Origin: Ginglymostoma cirratum
Taxonomy: Eukaryota
Assembly: GCA_024137785.1 (NCBI GenBank)
Contig: JAHRHZ010000062.1
Span: forward strand, 36,627,424-36,691,423
Direction of reading: 5' to 3'
Length of the DNA: 64,000 nucleotides
Shown: piece after piece, positions 1-13,830 of the stretch
How positions within the stretch are numbered: the stretch's first letter is position 1
Layout: each line of letters begins with the position of its first letter
Program-made: the position numbers and the translations under genes
Notes under the pieces: model-generated
The model's input: the letters and a program-made list of their open reading frames with translations, nothing else
The model's database searches: none
Told to the model about the DNA's origin: nothing

Positions 1-719
1 ACCTGCAAATTTGGCTACAATACATTCACTTTGTTCTTCCAAGTCATTAATTCAAAGAAGGTAAAGATTCAGAACAAAAGTTGAAGACAACATTTCTTGG
101 CAAGGTCAAAGAAAGTCGAAACAGATTATGGGACAGATTCTGAATGTGCAGAGGTCTGAAACAGAATTTAAACTTAACACACAAGCTACTGTCTTAATTT
201 AGACAGACAACATGCTTTCATATCTGCTTCAACCACACTGTAAAAATAAACTTTCCCCCTCACTTTAAACTATTCCCCTTAGTATTTGAAAATTCCAATA
301 CTTTTTCTTAAAGCTTGTAATAATGGGGTTTGAACCTAGATCCCCAGAAACTGAATCTCTGGATGAATAGTGATAATACCACTTGGCCATCATCTCCCCC
401 TTTTGGACACAAAATCTCGGTTAGGTAACTGAGTTAGCTAACTGAAAGAAGGGACATATCGCTAATGACAGACCTAATAAAGTGGTGCTCAGGACTTGTA
501 ACTGTTCCACGAGAAATGGAGAACGAGATTGTGTTTGGATCTCACCCAGTTAAATAAGTGAGTAAGAAGAGAAATTCATGCTTTTTCATCTGTCAATAAT
601 AGTTTGTCGAAATTAGCAAAAAGCAGTTTTTTCATATTTGAGGCAGATAGTTGATTCTGGCTGATACCCTTAGACAAAGAGTCAAGGTTACTGATTGTAA
701 AATGCAAAACTCATCTGCC

Positions 720-1400
720 ACCTCCTTATTTTCCATTATTAATTTTCCAGACTAATTTTATATAGGACCAACACTCACTTTATTAACTCATTTTTAAAAA
801 ATACTATAGAAATGCTTAATATCTATTTTGTTTTATTTCTGGATAGTTTTCCTTTTTACTTCAAATTTCTCTCTCAATGTTTTAGTTTTTTTTAAATTCT
901 GTCTGATGTTCTAATCTTCCAAACATCTTTGCACAATAGGATGGTTTTCTTTATGTTTGACAATAAGTAGAACTTTTTGTACTTGGTCACAGACAGCACA
1001 TTCTCCCCTAGGAGTGTTTTTTACATGTTGTAATGTTTCTCTTCTGTATATTCTGTAATATGTCCTTAAATTTCTGCCATTGCATCTCTAAGCCTTATGC
1101 TGTACTGTCATACCCTCATGACCTGCTTTATTTAAGTTTAAAATGCTAAGCTTTGACCCACTTCACTTTCCCCCAAATAGAATGTAAAATTAAAACATAT
1201 TTTGATTACTGCTACCTAGCACAAAGTGGACGATAATTATTCCAATCTCACTGAGCAATACTGGGTCTAGAATAGCCCGATCCCTGGTTGGGTCCAATAC
1301 ATGCTGTGCAAAGAAAGTATCTAATACCTATTATGGACTCCTCATCTAGGCTATCTTTGCCAATCTGATTTTTTTCCAATCTATATTTAGATTGAAAGCC
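720..1400 (-). mobile_element. Old CR1-like LINE fragment
   Basis: Highly decayed sequence resembling reverse-strand CR1 ORF2. Boundaries are approximate. Confidence 0.4.
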
Positions 1401-1439
1401 TCCGTGGGGTTATCAATGTATCATTCTGCTGATATCTGA

Positions 1440-2820
1440 GTGCATGGTAAAATGAAGAAAAAACACAACCAAAGAATCAGGAATATGTTAAAGGCAACAC
1501 AGAATGCAAGGCCTGCAATATGTGAAAAATGCCAATTCTTGACAGCAATGATTACATTATCCAAGAACAAGGTATCATGGTAAATCTAAGGAAGATAAGG
1601 ACCACTAAGGCATTTTCAGCACCAAAGTCTGTAAATGATTTAGAAACCTTTCATTAGATTTATTACTGTCACACCTGCCTAGGTACAGCGAAAAGCTTTG
1701 TTATGTGTGCACTACAGGCAGATCATACCATACAAAGTGCATGAGGGTAATAGAACAGAGCGAAGAATACAATGTTACCGATGCAGAGGAGGTGTGCAAA
1801 GAGCGAGATCAACATTGTACTTAAAATTTGAGAGGTCCAGCATGGTAAATCAAATGGGAAATTTTGTCCCCAATTTGCCCAGTCTTACTCAACACATAAT
1901 AGACAACCATAGAATGTTTATACCAAAGTTGATGTGCAAGGAAATCCAACAGAAGCTCTGAGGGGGACATCTAGCTAAGTAGGTATGATAATCTGTGTTG
2001 GCCAGGCACTTTGAAAAATACTCAGGATTATGTTCTGTTTCAACAAATGTGTGCCACACACAGCCAAGTGCCTACCTATTTAACGATTTCATCAAGAAGG
2101 CTGGAAAGGCCTTGGATTAGACTTGCAAATGAATTCTTTCATTTTAGAGGGACGATTTATTTAGTCCTATCCACTATTATTCAAGATGCATTGAGGTAGT
2201 AAGACTCAACCACAGGAGCCTCAGCGATGGGAGCACTGAAACGAAGCTTTGTGATATGCAGTTTCCCAGAAGAAATAATATCAGACAATAGATCTCTATC
2301 AGTTCATTAATGATGTTTTCCGGAAGTTCACTCTGGAAGCAGGTATCAACCAAATGACAAATTCTCCACTGTTTCCTCAGGTGAACAGGGAGATGCAAAG
2401 TGTAGTCAAGTCTGTTGATTTGTTGATACGTAAGAATCCAGACCAGGAATTAGCTCTGCTCAGTTATAGAGCAACATGACTGACTGATAGGCCCCTGCCA
2501 GTGGAATTGTTCATTGGGAGAAGGTTAAGACAGAATGAATTAGTTTTAGAAGACAACCTCAAGCCAAAGCTCAAGACCATGATAAGGTAAAACAACAACA
2601 GAAAAGCTACAGCAAAGAAACAGCAGAAATGGTTCACCTCTAGACACAGGGCGAAAACTCCGTCGACCCTAAGCCCAGACAAAATGTCTAATGAAGAGAC
2701 AAATTAGAAGCCACAGCCATTAGACAAACACATCAACTGAATAGAATACAGTGAGGACTTGAAGGACATTCCAGAGGAACAGACAGATCTTTCTCGAAAC
2801 AAGAGGTGAGATTGAGTATG
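1440..2820 (+). mobile_element. Decayed Gypsy/Ty3 LTR-retrotransposon pol remnant (RT end and integrase)
   Basis: Frame-broken motifs: KIRTTKAFSAPKSVNDLETF...MVNQMGNFVPNL (RT end), RMFIPKLMCKEIQQKL*GGHL (integrase Zn-binding), RPWIRLANEFFHFRG, YYSRCIEV, FPEEIISDN, SPLFPQVN, LALLSYRAT, ELFIGRRLR (rve core). Confidence 0.8.
1654..1838 (-). mobile_element. Short insertion splitting the Gypsy RT remnant (probable LINE 3' end)
   Basis: Separates the adjacent Gypsy motifs ...DLETF and MVNQMG.... It begins with tttatt (reverse-strand AATAAA). Family not established. Confidence 0.4.
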
Positions 2821-4599
2821 CTAATCTCAAAATGTGAGACAGCCATAGTTATATACATTAGATGGGTACAGAGTGATACAACAATTATGGGCACAGTACA
2901 ACATCATTACCATTGTGTTAAACTCAACTGAACCAGGTCAGGGCACATCTAGTCTGAACTTCAGATCACCTCATCCTGTGAGGTTTTTGGGGGGAGCAGG
3001 GAGACAGTGATAATAGTGTTAATGATAAAATTATCAATGACTACAAAACCTTTACAAATAAGTAAAAGTAAACTACTGAAACAATGTAGACCAATTAGTG
3101 AGAAATGTGATGTACATGTGGTACAATGTGACGTATAATATTCATGATGGAATTGATCCCATCACTCCGACATCAGTAAAAGAGAAGACACCAGTCTAGG
3201 ATGAGCGTGTGAGAAGTATTTAAATTGGGAGATGTATTTAAGAACCTACTGTGTATGGATGTTGTAGATGTGTTACAAAACATAACGAGTTCAAGAGCCT
3301 TACTTAGAGATATGGAGCAAACAGCCTCGGAGATGGAGTTTGTGCAGACACCCACAGCCTGAGGTACTCCAGACCAGTATCTCACTGTGCAGAAAGCAGT
3401 ATTGACTTATAGCACAAGATTAAACAAAATGTGACAAAATACTCAGCACAACCAAGCAGAAACACCAGGCTAAGAAATTCAAATGCAAGAGCACTACAAA
3501 CTTTTGGGAAGAGTTCAAGTTTATCAAATAATCAGTTTATTTGGTGTCATTTTTTCTTTTTTATCCCATATATGTTTAGAGGCCTGTGGTAATGTCTGCT
3601 GCCGACAGGTTACAAACATGTTTGTATCTTAATATATTAACTCAGTATTGTGCTGTAGACAGCAGATGGCACTATATGTGTTCTAATTATTTAAGTGCTA
3701 ATGTTTCCTTTCATGGATCATAGGACACGTTATTAGTGTTAAGATTTTTTAACTTACTATTAATTACGTTAAACATTCTGTTAATTACATTACCATTATT
3801 CATAATCTATTATTGGGAGAGTTTTCAGAATTCTCCTTTAGATGAATTGGACTGGATACAATGGGTCTTTTGGAGGTGGGAATGAAGGCAGACAAACCTG
3901 TAAAATAGGGCACCGTTCAGTTGGCAGTGTGCCTGCCACTAGCTTGCCCATAAACACTCCCACCACAAATTTACAAATAGCACAGCAGACATCAGGTGGG
4001 CTGTCTATCAACTGGGTAGTTAATGACCACTTAAGGTCCTCATCCCACCATGGCTCTGATTTAATAAACAGAGGGAGGGTCTGTAGACAATAAAAACAGC
4101 TAGGTTTATGCCTCCCAGCTAGTCGTCACTGAAGGGTGGGTCATAACAGGGACTGTGCCTCTATTTCAGGTCTCAGGTGCCAATTTGCAGTCTCACGTCC
4201 ACCCACCCCACTGCCATGACCAAAATTGGGTCTGTCTCCTTTCCATCCTTACCCGAGATCCCTGAAGGTGTCGGTTCATTTCTGATTGTGTCCTCCTTGG
4301 CCTAGCTTCAGTACCAGCATTGGCCACTGCTCCTGGTGGCTCTGCTGGTATTGCAGATTTGCTGGTCTCAAATTGACTAGTATCACTATAGAGATGGTTG
4401 GTAGTTCAACCTTATGTCAATCAAAGGCCCATTGCTGAAAATTAAGTAAGTGAGCCAACCAAGCAAAAGCATGCTGTTTCCCCATATATCCTCAGATACC
4501 AGGAGGTCACTGCCAGCAAATAACTCAATATCTCTTAAAATTTTGTGCATTGTACTTTAGTTTACATTGATATAGATTATAAATATTTGAGACCTCAGC

Positions 4600-4880
4600 A
4601 CAGATACTTGTTACTAATCCTTGCTTTTTATATTATCAATCAGAAAAAAGGCCAATTTACACCTATTCTGTCTCCTGTTAGGTAATCAATTCTCCATCCA
4701 TGTTGATATATTACCCCGACCTGATACACCAGCAAAATGCTTTCTTGAAACCTAAGTACATCGCTTCCACAGGTCCCCTTTATCCACATTGTTTGTTACT
4801 TGCGCAAAGAACTCTAAGTTAGTCAAACATGATTTCCCCTTCAGACAACAATGTTGACTGCCTGATTGCATTGAGATCTC
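4600..4880 (-). mobile_element. CR1 LINE RT fragment
   Basis: Reverse strand resembles the CR1 QHGF-KG-SCLTNL-EF region (gtcaaacatgatttcccc...aatgttgact). Confidence 0.55.
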
Positions 4881-6219
4881 CCCCCCTAACAACGGCTGTT
4901 ACAGAGAGACCTCCATGGCAAGTGACCAGTGTTGAGATAATTAAATCTCTGTTAACAAGTATTAAATAGGATCGATGTTATATGCATTCTGAAAGTTCTA
5001 TATCATGGACCTGAAATCCTGGCTTGTCAAGCCCCACTAATAGATACCTAAATTTCGAACTTTCTGGCATTAGCTTACCACGTTCATTTCAGTACTGCTT
5101 CTTAATATAGACATTTACTATCCATCAGTGACAGAACAAACTGACTGAGAAATTTGATAAAAAAAATTTCAAACTTTTTAAAAAGGTTAAAACAGCCAAA
5201 ATATAATCAGTAGGCAGCTAAATGGCAGTGAGAATAAAAAGACTTCAATGATGTATGCTATGAAATATTTGTAAAGTATGTTTAAATAAAAAAATTGAGT
5301 ATATAGATCTTTAGATTGAATACATTGAACTAGCATTTATGAAACAATGGAGCAAGCCTTTAGCTTGTGGTAGCACTTCCAATCAAGTAGGAATTAGAAG
5401 GCAAAGAGTCCAATTCTAGACAGCCCAGAGTCTGCTCTTGGGGGCTGACATCCAGCTGGGTAGAGCAATCAATGAAACAGTAATCGTGGTCACACTCGAG
5501 TCTTAAGGGTTTTTTTCAGCCACCGGGTCAACACATTTCAGCATGAGGAAATGGGACTACTAGCCCTTAAGTCTAAATGGGTGTGGGAGGATACATGTAT
5601 TGTAAAGGGTAGGTGGGACTCCTTACCTAGTTACGTCTCACCTAGGAGAAAGCATTCCAAAACACAGTAGGAAATCACCTGAGCTAGTTTTCACTCATAA
5701 TTGAAGAATTTCATGTGATACTTGAGTTATAGTCTGTCCAATGACAGTATTGACATTCGAATAAATATAGCTTTTAATAATGTCAACATAACATGCTAAA
5801 AAGTGGATGACATATGTCTATCTCTGCCATTTTTTCCCCTTCATCTTCCATGAGGAAATCCTGCCCCCTGCCACCTCCCCACCCCCGAGCAATATAAATG
5901 ATATGGGAAATGTTTGTAATCTTGGAATCTCTGAAGCTAGAATACACTGTCATTCATTTGCCATAAATATTTAACTACATTTTTAATATCTGTATCTATT
6001 TTTCTTATTGAAAAAGTCTATTGATTCTTTTGCTTCAGTATGTATTACAATACCTAATTTATATTTGCATAGTTGTTGTAACAATGATGTGCGTCAATTT
6101 TCCAACATTATAAAAACAAAACTCTTGTGCTGTTGAGCAAACTCCACACTTCAAACATGCTGCAGATTGGGATGGCTGATCCTCCACCTTTCTAAGTGTG
6201 ACAAAAGATGTTGTGCGCA

Positions 6220-6523
6220 GGCTGTTTCTGGGCTAGGCCAGCATATATTGCCCACCCCTGACTACATTCTTAATGTCTGCCCAGAGTCACATGCAGGTCA
6301 GACCAGATAAGGATGGCAGTAGTCTTCTCTAAAGGACATTAGTGAACCAGGTGGGATTTTCCAACAATGAATTAGACTTGTTAGACTCTTAATTCCACAT
6401 TTTTAAAAATTGGATTCAAATTCCACCATCTGCCATGGCAGGATTTGAACCTAGATCCTTGGAACTTTGCCTGGGTCTCTGGATTAACAGTCTAGTGATA
6501 ATACCACGAGGCCACTGCCACCC
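6220..6523 (-). mobile_element. tRNA-derived SINE, DeuSINE/SacSINE1-like
   Basis: Reverse strand has a tRNA-like head, a ggttcaaatcc B-box, the core ggttcactaatgtcctttag and a LINE-like tail. Related copies occur at about 325-400, 40885-41040, 56974-57315 and 60770-60860. Confidence 0.7.
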
Positions 6524-6579
6524 TTTGATTGCACCATTAGTTTCGAAAAGTACTATAGGAGTCTGACCAAAATACATGT

Positions 6580-6758
6580 CTCTGTATTTATGTCTCAGCT
6601 CCTTTCTACCACCACGCCCCCATCCCTATTTCTGAAGAAGGGTCCCAATCTGAAATGTCAACTTTCCCTTCCTCTAATGCTGCCTGGCCTGCTTTGTCCC
6701 TCCAGCTGCACACTGTGTTATCTCTGACTCCAGTATCTGCAGTTCTTGCTGTCTGTGG
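6580..6758 (+). mobile_element. Penelope-derived short element (family A) with decayed hammerhead core
   Basis: ctgaaga-agggtcccaatct-gaaatgtc at 6632-6659 followed by the family A tail. 13-bp TSD ccaaaatacatgt at 6567-6579 and 6759-6771. Confidence 0.8.
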
Positions 6759-7404
6759 CCAAAATACATGTTGTGCAAAGTAGCAATCGATTATTCTTTA
6801 CCTATTCACAATATACTTGTCTGGTGAGCAGCAATTTCGTTCGTATGTAAACATACGCTATGACCTAGTTAAGGACAATATGGGTAAACAACTGAATCAA
6901 GAGTTCTAATGAAGTGACCTATCCAAAAATATAATTCTTCTCTCTCACTCAGATCACGATTGACCTTTATAGTTCTCCTTTCTGCCTTTCAGAATTCTGG
7001 CATTCGGATTTCACTTTATGTCTGAATATGGTTGTTATCCACTGTTCAGTGGCATGTATAGTTTAATGCTTATTCTGAATTAAAGAATGAGGTGCATAAA
7101 ATAGGTTTAACTATATTCGTAAAGAATACGGAATAAGAGCTGTTTTTCAACAGGTGTTGCTCATTTTCACTGTTGCATGATTTCAGATAAATATCTCCAC
7201 ACCCCAGCTGTGGAATCTCATGCTGATCATTAATCCTGGGACACCAATTTAAAACAAAAATTATGTTGAAGCATAGCTCATTAAATGAAAACTGAATATT
7301 TCAGATCCAGAGCTAATTTTAGAGCAACATGACACAAGAACCTGAAAAAAAAATGTAGTTACAGTTCATTCCCTTGACAAGTTGTTACTTTGAAATGTTT
7401 GATG

Positions 7405-7890
7405 TTAGGCCTCAGTTCAATTATTGGGTTTGGTTTGGACACCTGATTACAGCAAGGATGTCATCGCATTGGAAATGGTAGAGAAGAGATTTGCTGGGAT
7501 GGTACCAGGTATGAGGAACTTCAACTATATGGGCAGACAAGAGAGTTTGGGTTTGTTCCTTCTACAGCTAAGAAGGGTGAGGGGAGATTTGATAGAGTTG
7601 CTTGAAACCTTGAAAGATTTTGACAGAGTAAGTAAGAAGTTTCCATGGCAAACTACTTCACAGATTTAAGGATTGTCCAAAGAACCTTGAGGTAACTTTT
7701 AAAACAATAATACAGTAAGTTATTCTGATCTAGAATTCGTTACCTAAAGGAGTGTTGGGAGCCAACTGAAGAGTAACATTCAAAAGAGAAATACATGAAT
7801 GCTTGAAAACCATATAGGGGACTATGAGAAACATGCAGGGGAGCTAGCATAAGCATTTTGAGTTGAATGGTTTCATTCTATGATGTATCA
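7405..7890 (+). mobile_element. CR1 LINE 3' fragment
   Basis: ORF 7424..7669 resembles the CR1 ORF2 C-terminus (WTPDYSKDVIALEMVEKRF...LGLF...RRVRGDLIE). Confidence 0.8.
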
Positions 7891-8519
7891 TTCTCTTACC
7901 AAATGTTATTGTCAGTAGCAAAGGAAAGGCTTGCACTGTTCCTTACAGTTACAGTTCCCCATAGACTTCATTGTCACCAATTGAGTGGCAATTTATGGTT
8001 ACTCATGATCGTATACAGCATGCACACTGACTGGAATCTGTGGCAAATGTGAGCAAGACAAGCAACAACGTATTTCTCCAAACAGATCAGACATTCTCAC
8101 TGAAACAGCAGAGTCTAAAGCAGGGAGTCCAAATTAGGATGTCTACTTCATTTTAAAACCATGTACAGTAAGAAAATTGGGATTCAGAGAGAAAGACAGA
8201 AGAGAACGAACGAGAAAGTTAAGAAAAGATCTCCAACTGTAATGAGGACATGAGATTTCACTCTTATAAAAATTTTCAGTGCCGGAGAGATAGTTCAATA
8301 ATAATTATGACAATGAAGTACAGTTAAAAATTAATTTACTCCTGAATGCACCAGCCCTACATTTTTCTTGTGTGTTTAATAGGCAACAAGTAGGTAAACA
8401 CTGCAACTTCATATCCTTTAAGTACTTTAATATGGAGTCTATTGACACAGTTTCAGCGTAAAGAAGATTCAGAAGGAGCATTGTGTTTTAGGTTTTAGCA
8501 TGTATGAATGTTCACCAGA

Positions 8520-9960
8520 ATTTAGTCTTCATGGAAGATTTGCTTTGATAGCATGTCTCAGGCATTCTGACTGCATGATCAGACCAAGTCAGTTTTAACC
8601 GCCTCAGTTTCGTTTGGAAGCTTAGCATACCAGCTCACTGGAGTATCTTTGCTGCTTGTCATCATCTGGTCCAACACCAAGTCTCTCATATAGAGCAGAA
8701 TGGGCAGGACCAAGACTCTACACATTTCAGTACAGGAAGACCTACCTTCTTAGATTGACGTTAGACATCTGCCAAAGGCAGTAGTTCCTTTGGCAATTCT
8801 TGTTTGTGTCTTGTGATCAATTTAGATGCTTGAATATACTGCCAAGAAAAATGAACCTTCTGACAGATCGAGCTTTGAGGTATGGTTTTCTTGGAGCAGC
8901 CTGGTATATCACTTTAGCTTTTTTCATCCTGATCATAAAGCCAAAGCTATCGCAGGTATTCTAGAACAGGTGGACATTATGTTGCATGTTCAGCTCTGAA
9001 CCATTAGCTTGTGCAGTCACCAACAAAGAGGAAATGATTAATTATGTCTTTGAAGATGTTAGTTTTTGCCTGGATTCATCACTGGTTGAGTGGTTGTCCA
9101 TCCATGCGATAACTGATTTCAACATTGGGATCATGCAAGGCACCGGAGAGCACACGTTGGACAAAAAGAGTTCTGTGAAGCTTGGTGCTAGCAATCAACC
9201 CCGTTTAACTCCATGAGTTGCTGTGAATGGTTCATAAGACTCAGAATCAACCAGGACATGTGTAAAAATAGCATCATCAAATTATTGAACCATCGCGATA
9301 AAATTTCCAGTGCAGCCTAATTTTTGACTTACATTTGAAAGGCCTTACGACTGCCTGTGTCAAAGGCTATGGTCAGATCAACAAATATGGTGTAAATATC
9401 AGTGTTTTGTTTCTGACATTTCTCCTGGAGCTGTCAAATTATTATGTTACAGGCAGTCCCTGACATACATATGTTCAACTTACGAAGGACCCCCTTTTAA
9501 TTTTAAAGATCTGACATGTAAGCATTTACTTGCACTTAGGAATGGCTATTTTACATTGTACTGTATTGTATTATGATCCAACTTGCATACACATTGACTT
9601 ACAAACGTGCTCAAGGACATAACCCATTAGTAACCCAGGATTGCCTGTAGTGGTTTTTGACCTTTTCTGAAACTACATTGACTTTCTAGCAGCAGGTCGT
9701 GGTCACGTTGAGTGGTTCAGAATGAGATAGATGAAGATTTTGCTGACAATGGTGTAATAAGTTTCCCCTATGACTGTTGCAGGCTTGTATTCTCGAGGGA
9801 AGGTTCCTTGGTCCCACATAGACTGAAAGAATTCAGTGACCTTCTTGACTGGGTATTGACCTTCAGCCTTGGGGATCTCAGCTGGAATAGCCTGAACTCC
9901 TGGAACATTGTCACTAAACAGGCATTCAATTATATTTGTTTTTCTAACAATATTTTAGCA
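8520..9960 (-). mobile_element. RTE-clade LINE, RT region
   Basis: Reverse-strand motifs PGVQAIPAEI, QLQEKC, IYTIFVDLTIAFD, GVKRG-LLAP and FLFVGDC, matching RTE LQEKC, FVDLTKAFD, GVKQGCVLAP and LFADD. Confidence 0.8.
9450..9647. mobile_element. pogo/Tigger-type MITE inserted in the RTE element
   Basis: Terminal inverted repeats caggcagtcc and ggattgcctg (9/10 match), flanked by TA at 9448-9449 and 9648-9649. Confidence 0.7.
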
Positions 9961-10330
9961 CAATGACAAGCCATCACCACAAAACCAGCCACGCAAAGTA
10001 CCTGCTCAATCATCCTCAGGACTGTTTAGTACAGACTCAGAGATGCAAGCCATCTAGCTAAATCAAAAAGCAGACAAACTTTAGTCATAAGCTGACCGTA
10101 AAGACTGGAGGAGATTCTATGATGCTCTGAAATCTGCCTATGGGTCTTGGTCTACTTGTCATCGCTAGTCATTGGAAATTGATCAATACTGCTCACAGGA
10201 ACAGTCCAAATTCCAGTAAAATTGAGCAGTTTTGCCCTGTCCTCAACTGGTCTTCGTTCATCAATGAAAAAGTCATCAAGAGGCTGCCCCGGGGTTGCCA
10301 TCAACTGTGCTTTGATGACCTTCCCATCAG
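9961..10330 (+). mobile_element. Inverted 5' portion of the same RTE LINE
   Basis: Plus-strand motifs KADKL, ADRKDWRRFYDALKSAYG, VLNWSSFINEKVIKRLP and FDDLP, which normally lie just upstream of the RTE RT domain. Confidence 0.7.
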
Positions 10331-11509
10331 CAGGTAATGGAAAGAGTGGATCCCTTTTGGAGTGGATCCATTGATTTTGGGAGGAAATACCATAGTAATA
10401 ATTGACAGGCCTGCTGGCAAATCACTAGCTAGGAGCAAAGTCTGTATTCCAGTCAATGAGTCATCAGGTTTTAAATAGATGTCTGTTGGACGTAGCAGAG
10501 CCACGATCTGAGTCACCAGGAGATCAGTTCTTTTTCAGTTTAAGGTGGCCTGAGAGCAACTAATGCCATAAAAGTAACTATTTAGCCCAGGAAAGGAAAA
10601 AAGCACAGTTCATTCTTCACCTACCATTTTTGTAGAGAGAAACACAATGCAACTAACTAACTGGAAATCCCTTTGAATGTTTCTTCATAGTTTCATTTAT
10701 TGCTTATGAAATAAAGCAGAGTAATGATTCATATCTAGACCTTGTATTTAATAGTGCTAAGTCTGCCCTTGAAAAGCTTCGGAAAGCACGTGCAAAGAGA
10801 CATGTAAAAGACAGTAATAGGTTAAAGATTATAAAGGATTTTAATCACTTGTGCCATTGATTACGTTATCAAATAGTTAGATGTCGGACAATCTATGCAA
10901 ACCTTTCATGCAATAGCCTACTCTTATACACATCTCATTGATTCTATCAGATGTGCTTAACTATCTTCTCCTTACATGCATCTATGGTATTCATTTCAAC
11001 TACTCTATGCAATGTAGCAATTACGTTCCACATTTAAACTGCTCCCTGGGCTAAGGAGTTTCTCCTGAATTTTTAAAATAGAATTTATTAGTGACTATCT
11101 TATATTTATGTTTCCTGGTTTTGACATCCAAAATGAGAAACGCCTACTCAATTGGATTAAATATTTCCAAAATTTGGCTGTGTTAATTTTGGTGCGTTTC
11201 TTGGAGGGTTTCTCTCCGTGTGTTCGGGTGCATATTTTTCTCGCGGTTTATGCTCCTTACCTCACTGTCACGGTGCTGCTGCCTTGCCCACCCAGTGGCA
11301 GAAACACTTGCCATGCCATGACCCTTTAGGTTACCTGCTGCTGCTGCTTCCATACTCCAGCTTTGCACCAGTCAAACAGTGAAAGCCAGGAATAGCCCTT
11401 CACATTTGCAGTATGGAGAGCACCAGCATTTTGTTTCGGACTCCAAAGTAGTGAATGATTCTGAAACCGGTGGAGCCATCTAACTAATTGATCCTGCATT
11501 TTCCCGGAG

Positions 11510-11727
11510 ATGGCTGGTCAAGGGAAGTTGACACCCTGCCTTATTAACAGGGGTCTGGAGCATGTTGTGGCAGAGAGGAGGGCAGTCCTTCTTTCTCTGC
11601 ATGACCAGAGGTGCCCGCAACACCAGACTGCCAGCATGGTGTATCGTTTCCACCCGGGTTGATGCCACATCCATGGTCTGGAGGAACACTCAACGATCAG
11701 ATTACTGATCTCTAGAGTTCCACAAGG
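11510..11727 (+). pseudogene. Decayed Myb/SANT-like gene of a PIF/Harbinger transposon
   Basis: MAGQGKLTPCLINRGLEHVVAERRAVL, then after a frameshift LPAWCIVSTRVDATSMVWRNTQ...ITDL*SSTR, followed by a gtaa donor. Resembles the Harbinger Myb_DNA-bind_5 pattern (AW-EVA-V...R...Q...NDL). Confidence 0.5.
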
Positions 11728-13714
11728 GTAATGCCACCATATTCTCTCTGCCACCTCACACTTGCTCCAACTCTACCACTGCGCCCACCTCCCATCAAGG
11801 CTCATGGTTTACCCCCACCCCCCCAACTGTTGCATGCAGAATCTTCCACCAATGCCACAAACATGTGATGCACAATATACAGCAGGAGATTGTATGTGTG
11901 GTAGGAGAAATGAGACCAACTCACCCACCAATCCCACATCTCCACCTCCACTTTACCCACTTTGGATGGGCCAGTCACCGTTCTTTTCATTTCTATTGTA
12001 GGTATTTTTGAATAAATGTGTTCAGGGATTTTATTACAGATCTCTAGAGCAGGTGGTACTTCAACCCAGGACTTCTGTTTTGTGGGTAGGGACACTACCT
12101 CTGCACCAGAACAGCCCCCTCATTTCTGTCGTCCACGTGTGATTTGAATGAGGAACGGAGGCAACATAGGTAGCACTTCAGAGAATGAGTTACCGACTCA
12201 GCTTCTCAATCTAGGAGAAACCCCCTTAACCCCACTCCCACCCAAAACACCTTCATCTTCCTTGCCCTCCTTATCAACCCCATATAGTTTGTGCCAACCC
12301 ATGTTTCCATCCTACCCTTTTATTTAACTTATCATTTCAACTTCTCATTTTTTCACTTAACTAAGCTGTAGGCACAGGGCACAGTGAATAATGCCAAGCA
12401 CTGTGATGTACTATCCCCCGTCAGTGTGATGGTGACCATCCATGACCTCCCCTTCCACGGTACCTTGTCCTTTCCAATGCTGCGTCATCTCCCACCCTTC
12501 TATTTTTAATTTCACAATTATTGTCCCCTGTGTGTCCTAGCATCCTGGCACCAATCCCCACAAATGACTTGCCCAACTTCCCCACCACAGCAACTGCCCT
12601 TGATAACTCCTCTTGACTCTCAGTGAACAAACTCCCAGGACTGACCAGGGCCCACCTACCTGACCAACTTGAAATGACGGCCCGAACTGATGACTGACCA
12701 AACTCCTTACCCATATCTGTGTAGGTCTCCGACTGCCCCACCATCTAATCCCTGGACTGGTCACAGTTGACCTTGGACTTCTGTGATACCTAAATCTTGA
12801 CCATGAATGCTTCACGTGGAAAACCATTGATGTCCAAACCCTTGGACTGAATTCAGATTATGCCCTTGACTTACTATGCCGACGTGTCCTGACTGACCCT
12901 TGACTTGACAGAGGACTGTTCCCCTTAGAGAGTTTGAGACGTGGCCATTTATTTGGAGCACAGTCTTGGGGGGTTTGCTACATACTCTCCTGGCACATAG
13001 TGATGTTAGGCTGGAGAAATAGTAATGTGGAACAGAGAAATAGTGAGAAACTAAATTGATCATTCGCATCAGCCTTCACAATGTAAGATACCAATGGCAT
13101 ACCAGAACTTAAAGAGAATCAGGGCAGAGGTGAATGTCATGGCCATCATTAAAGAGCAGGTGCTGGGGAATCTGAAAGATCTGAAGGGTGGATAAATCAC
13201 GTTGACTGGAGGGCTATACCTCGAGGGTTCTGAAGAAGATAGTTGAGGAGATTGTTGAGGTATTGGTGGTGATCTTTTAGGAATCACTGGAGTCAGGGAA
13301 GGTCCCAGAGGACTGGAAAATGTCTTTTGTAACACCCCTGTTTAAGAAGGGGTTGAGGCAGAAGACGGGAAATTATAGGCCAGTGAGCCTGACCACAGTC
13401 GTTGGTAAGATTTTAGTGTCCATTATTGAGGATGAAATTGTGGAGTACTTGGAAGTGCATGGTAAAATGGGGCTGAAGCAGCATGGCTTTGTCAAAGGGA
13501 GGTCATGTATGACAAATCCATTAGAATTCTTTGAGAAGGTAACAAGCAAGTTAAACAAAGGAAAGCCAGCGGACGTGATATATTTTTATTTCCAGAATGC
13601 CTTTGACAAGGTGCTGCACAGGAAACTGCTAAATAAATAAGAGCCCATGGCGTTAGGGGCAATGTACCGGCATGTATAGAGGATTCGTGACTGGCAGAGA
13701 GTGGTGATAATAGG

Positions 13715-13830
13715 AGATAACAAGGTGTGGAGCTGGATGAACACAGCAGGCCAAGCAGCATCGTAGGAGCAGGAAAGCTCCTATGATGTATACTCCAGCA
13801 TCTGCAGTTCCTATTATCTCTGATACAATT
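13715..13830. mobile_element. Penelope-derived family A insertion within CR1
   Basis: Family A sequence in both orientations. 15-bp TSD agtggtgataatagg at 13700-13714 and 13831-13845. Confidence 0.8.
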
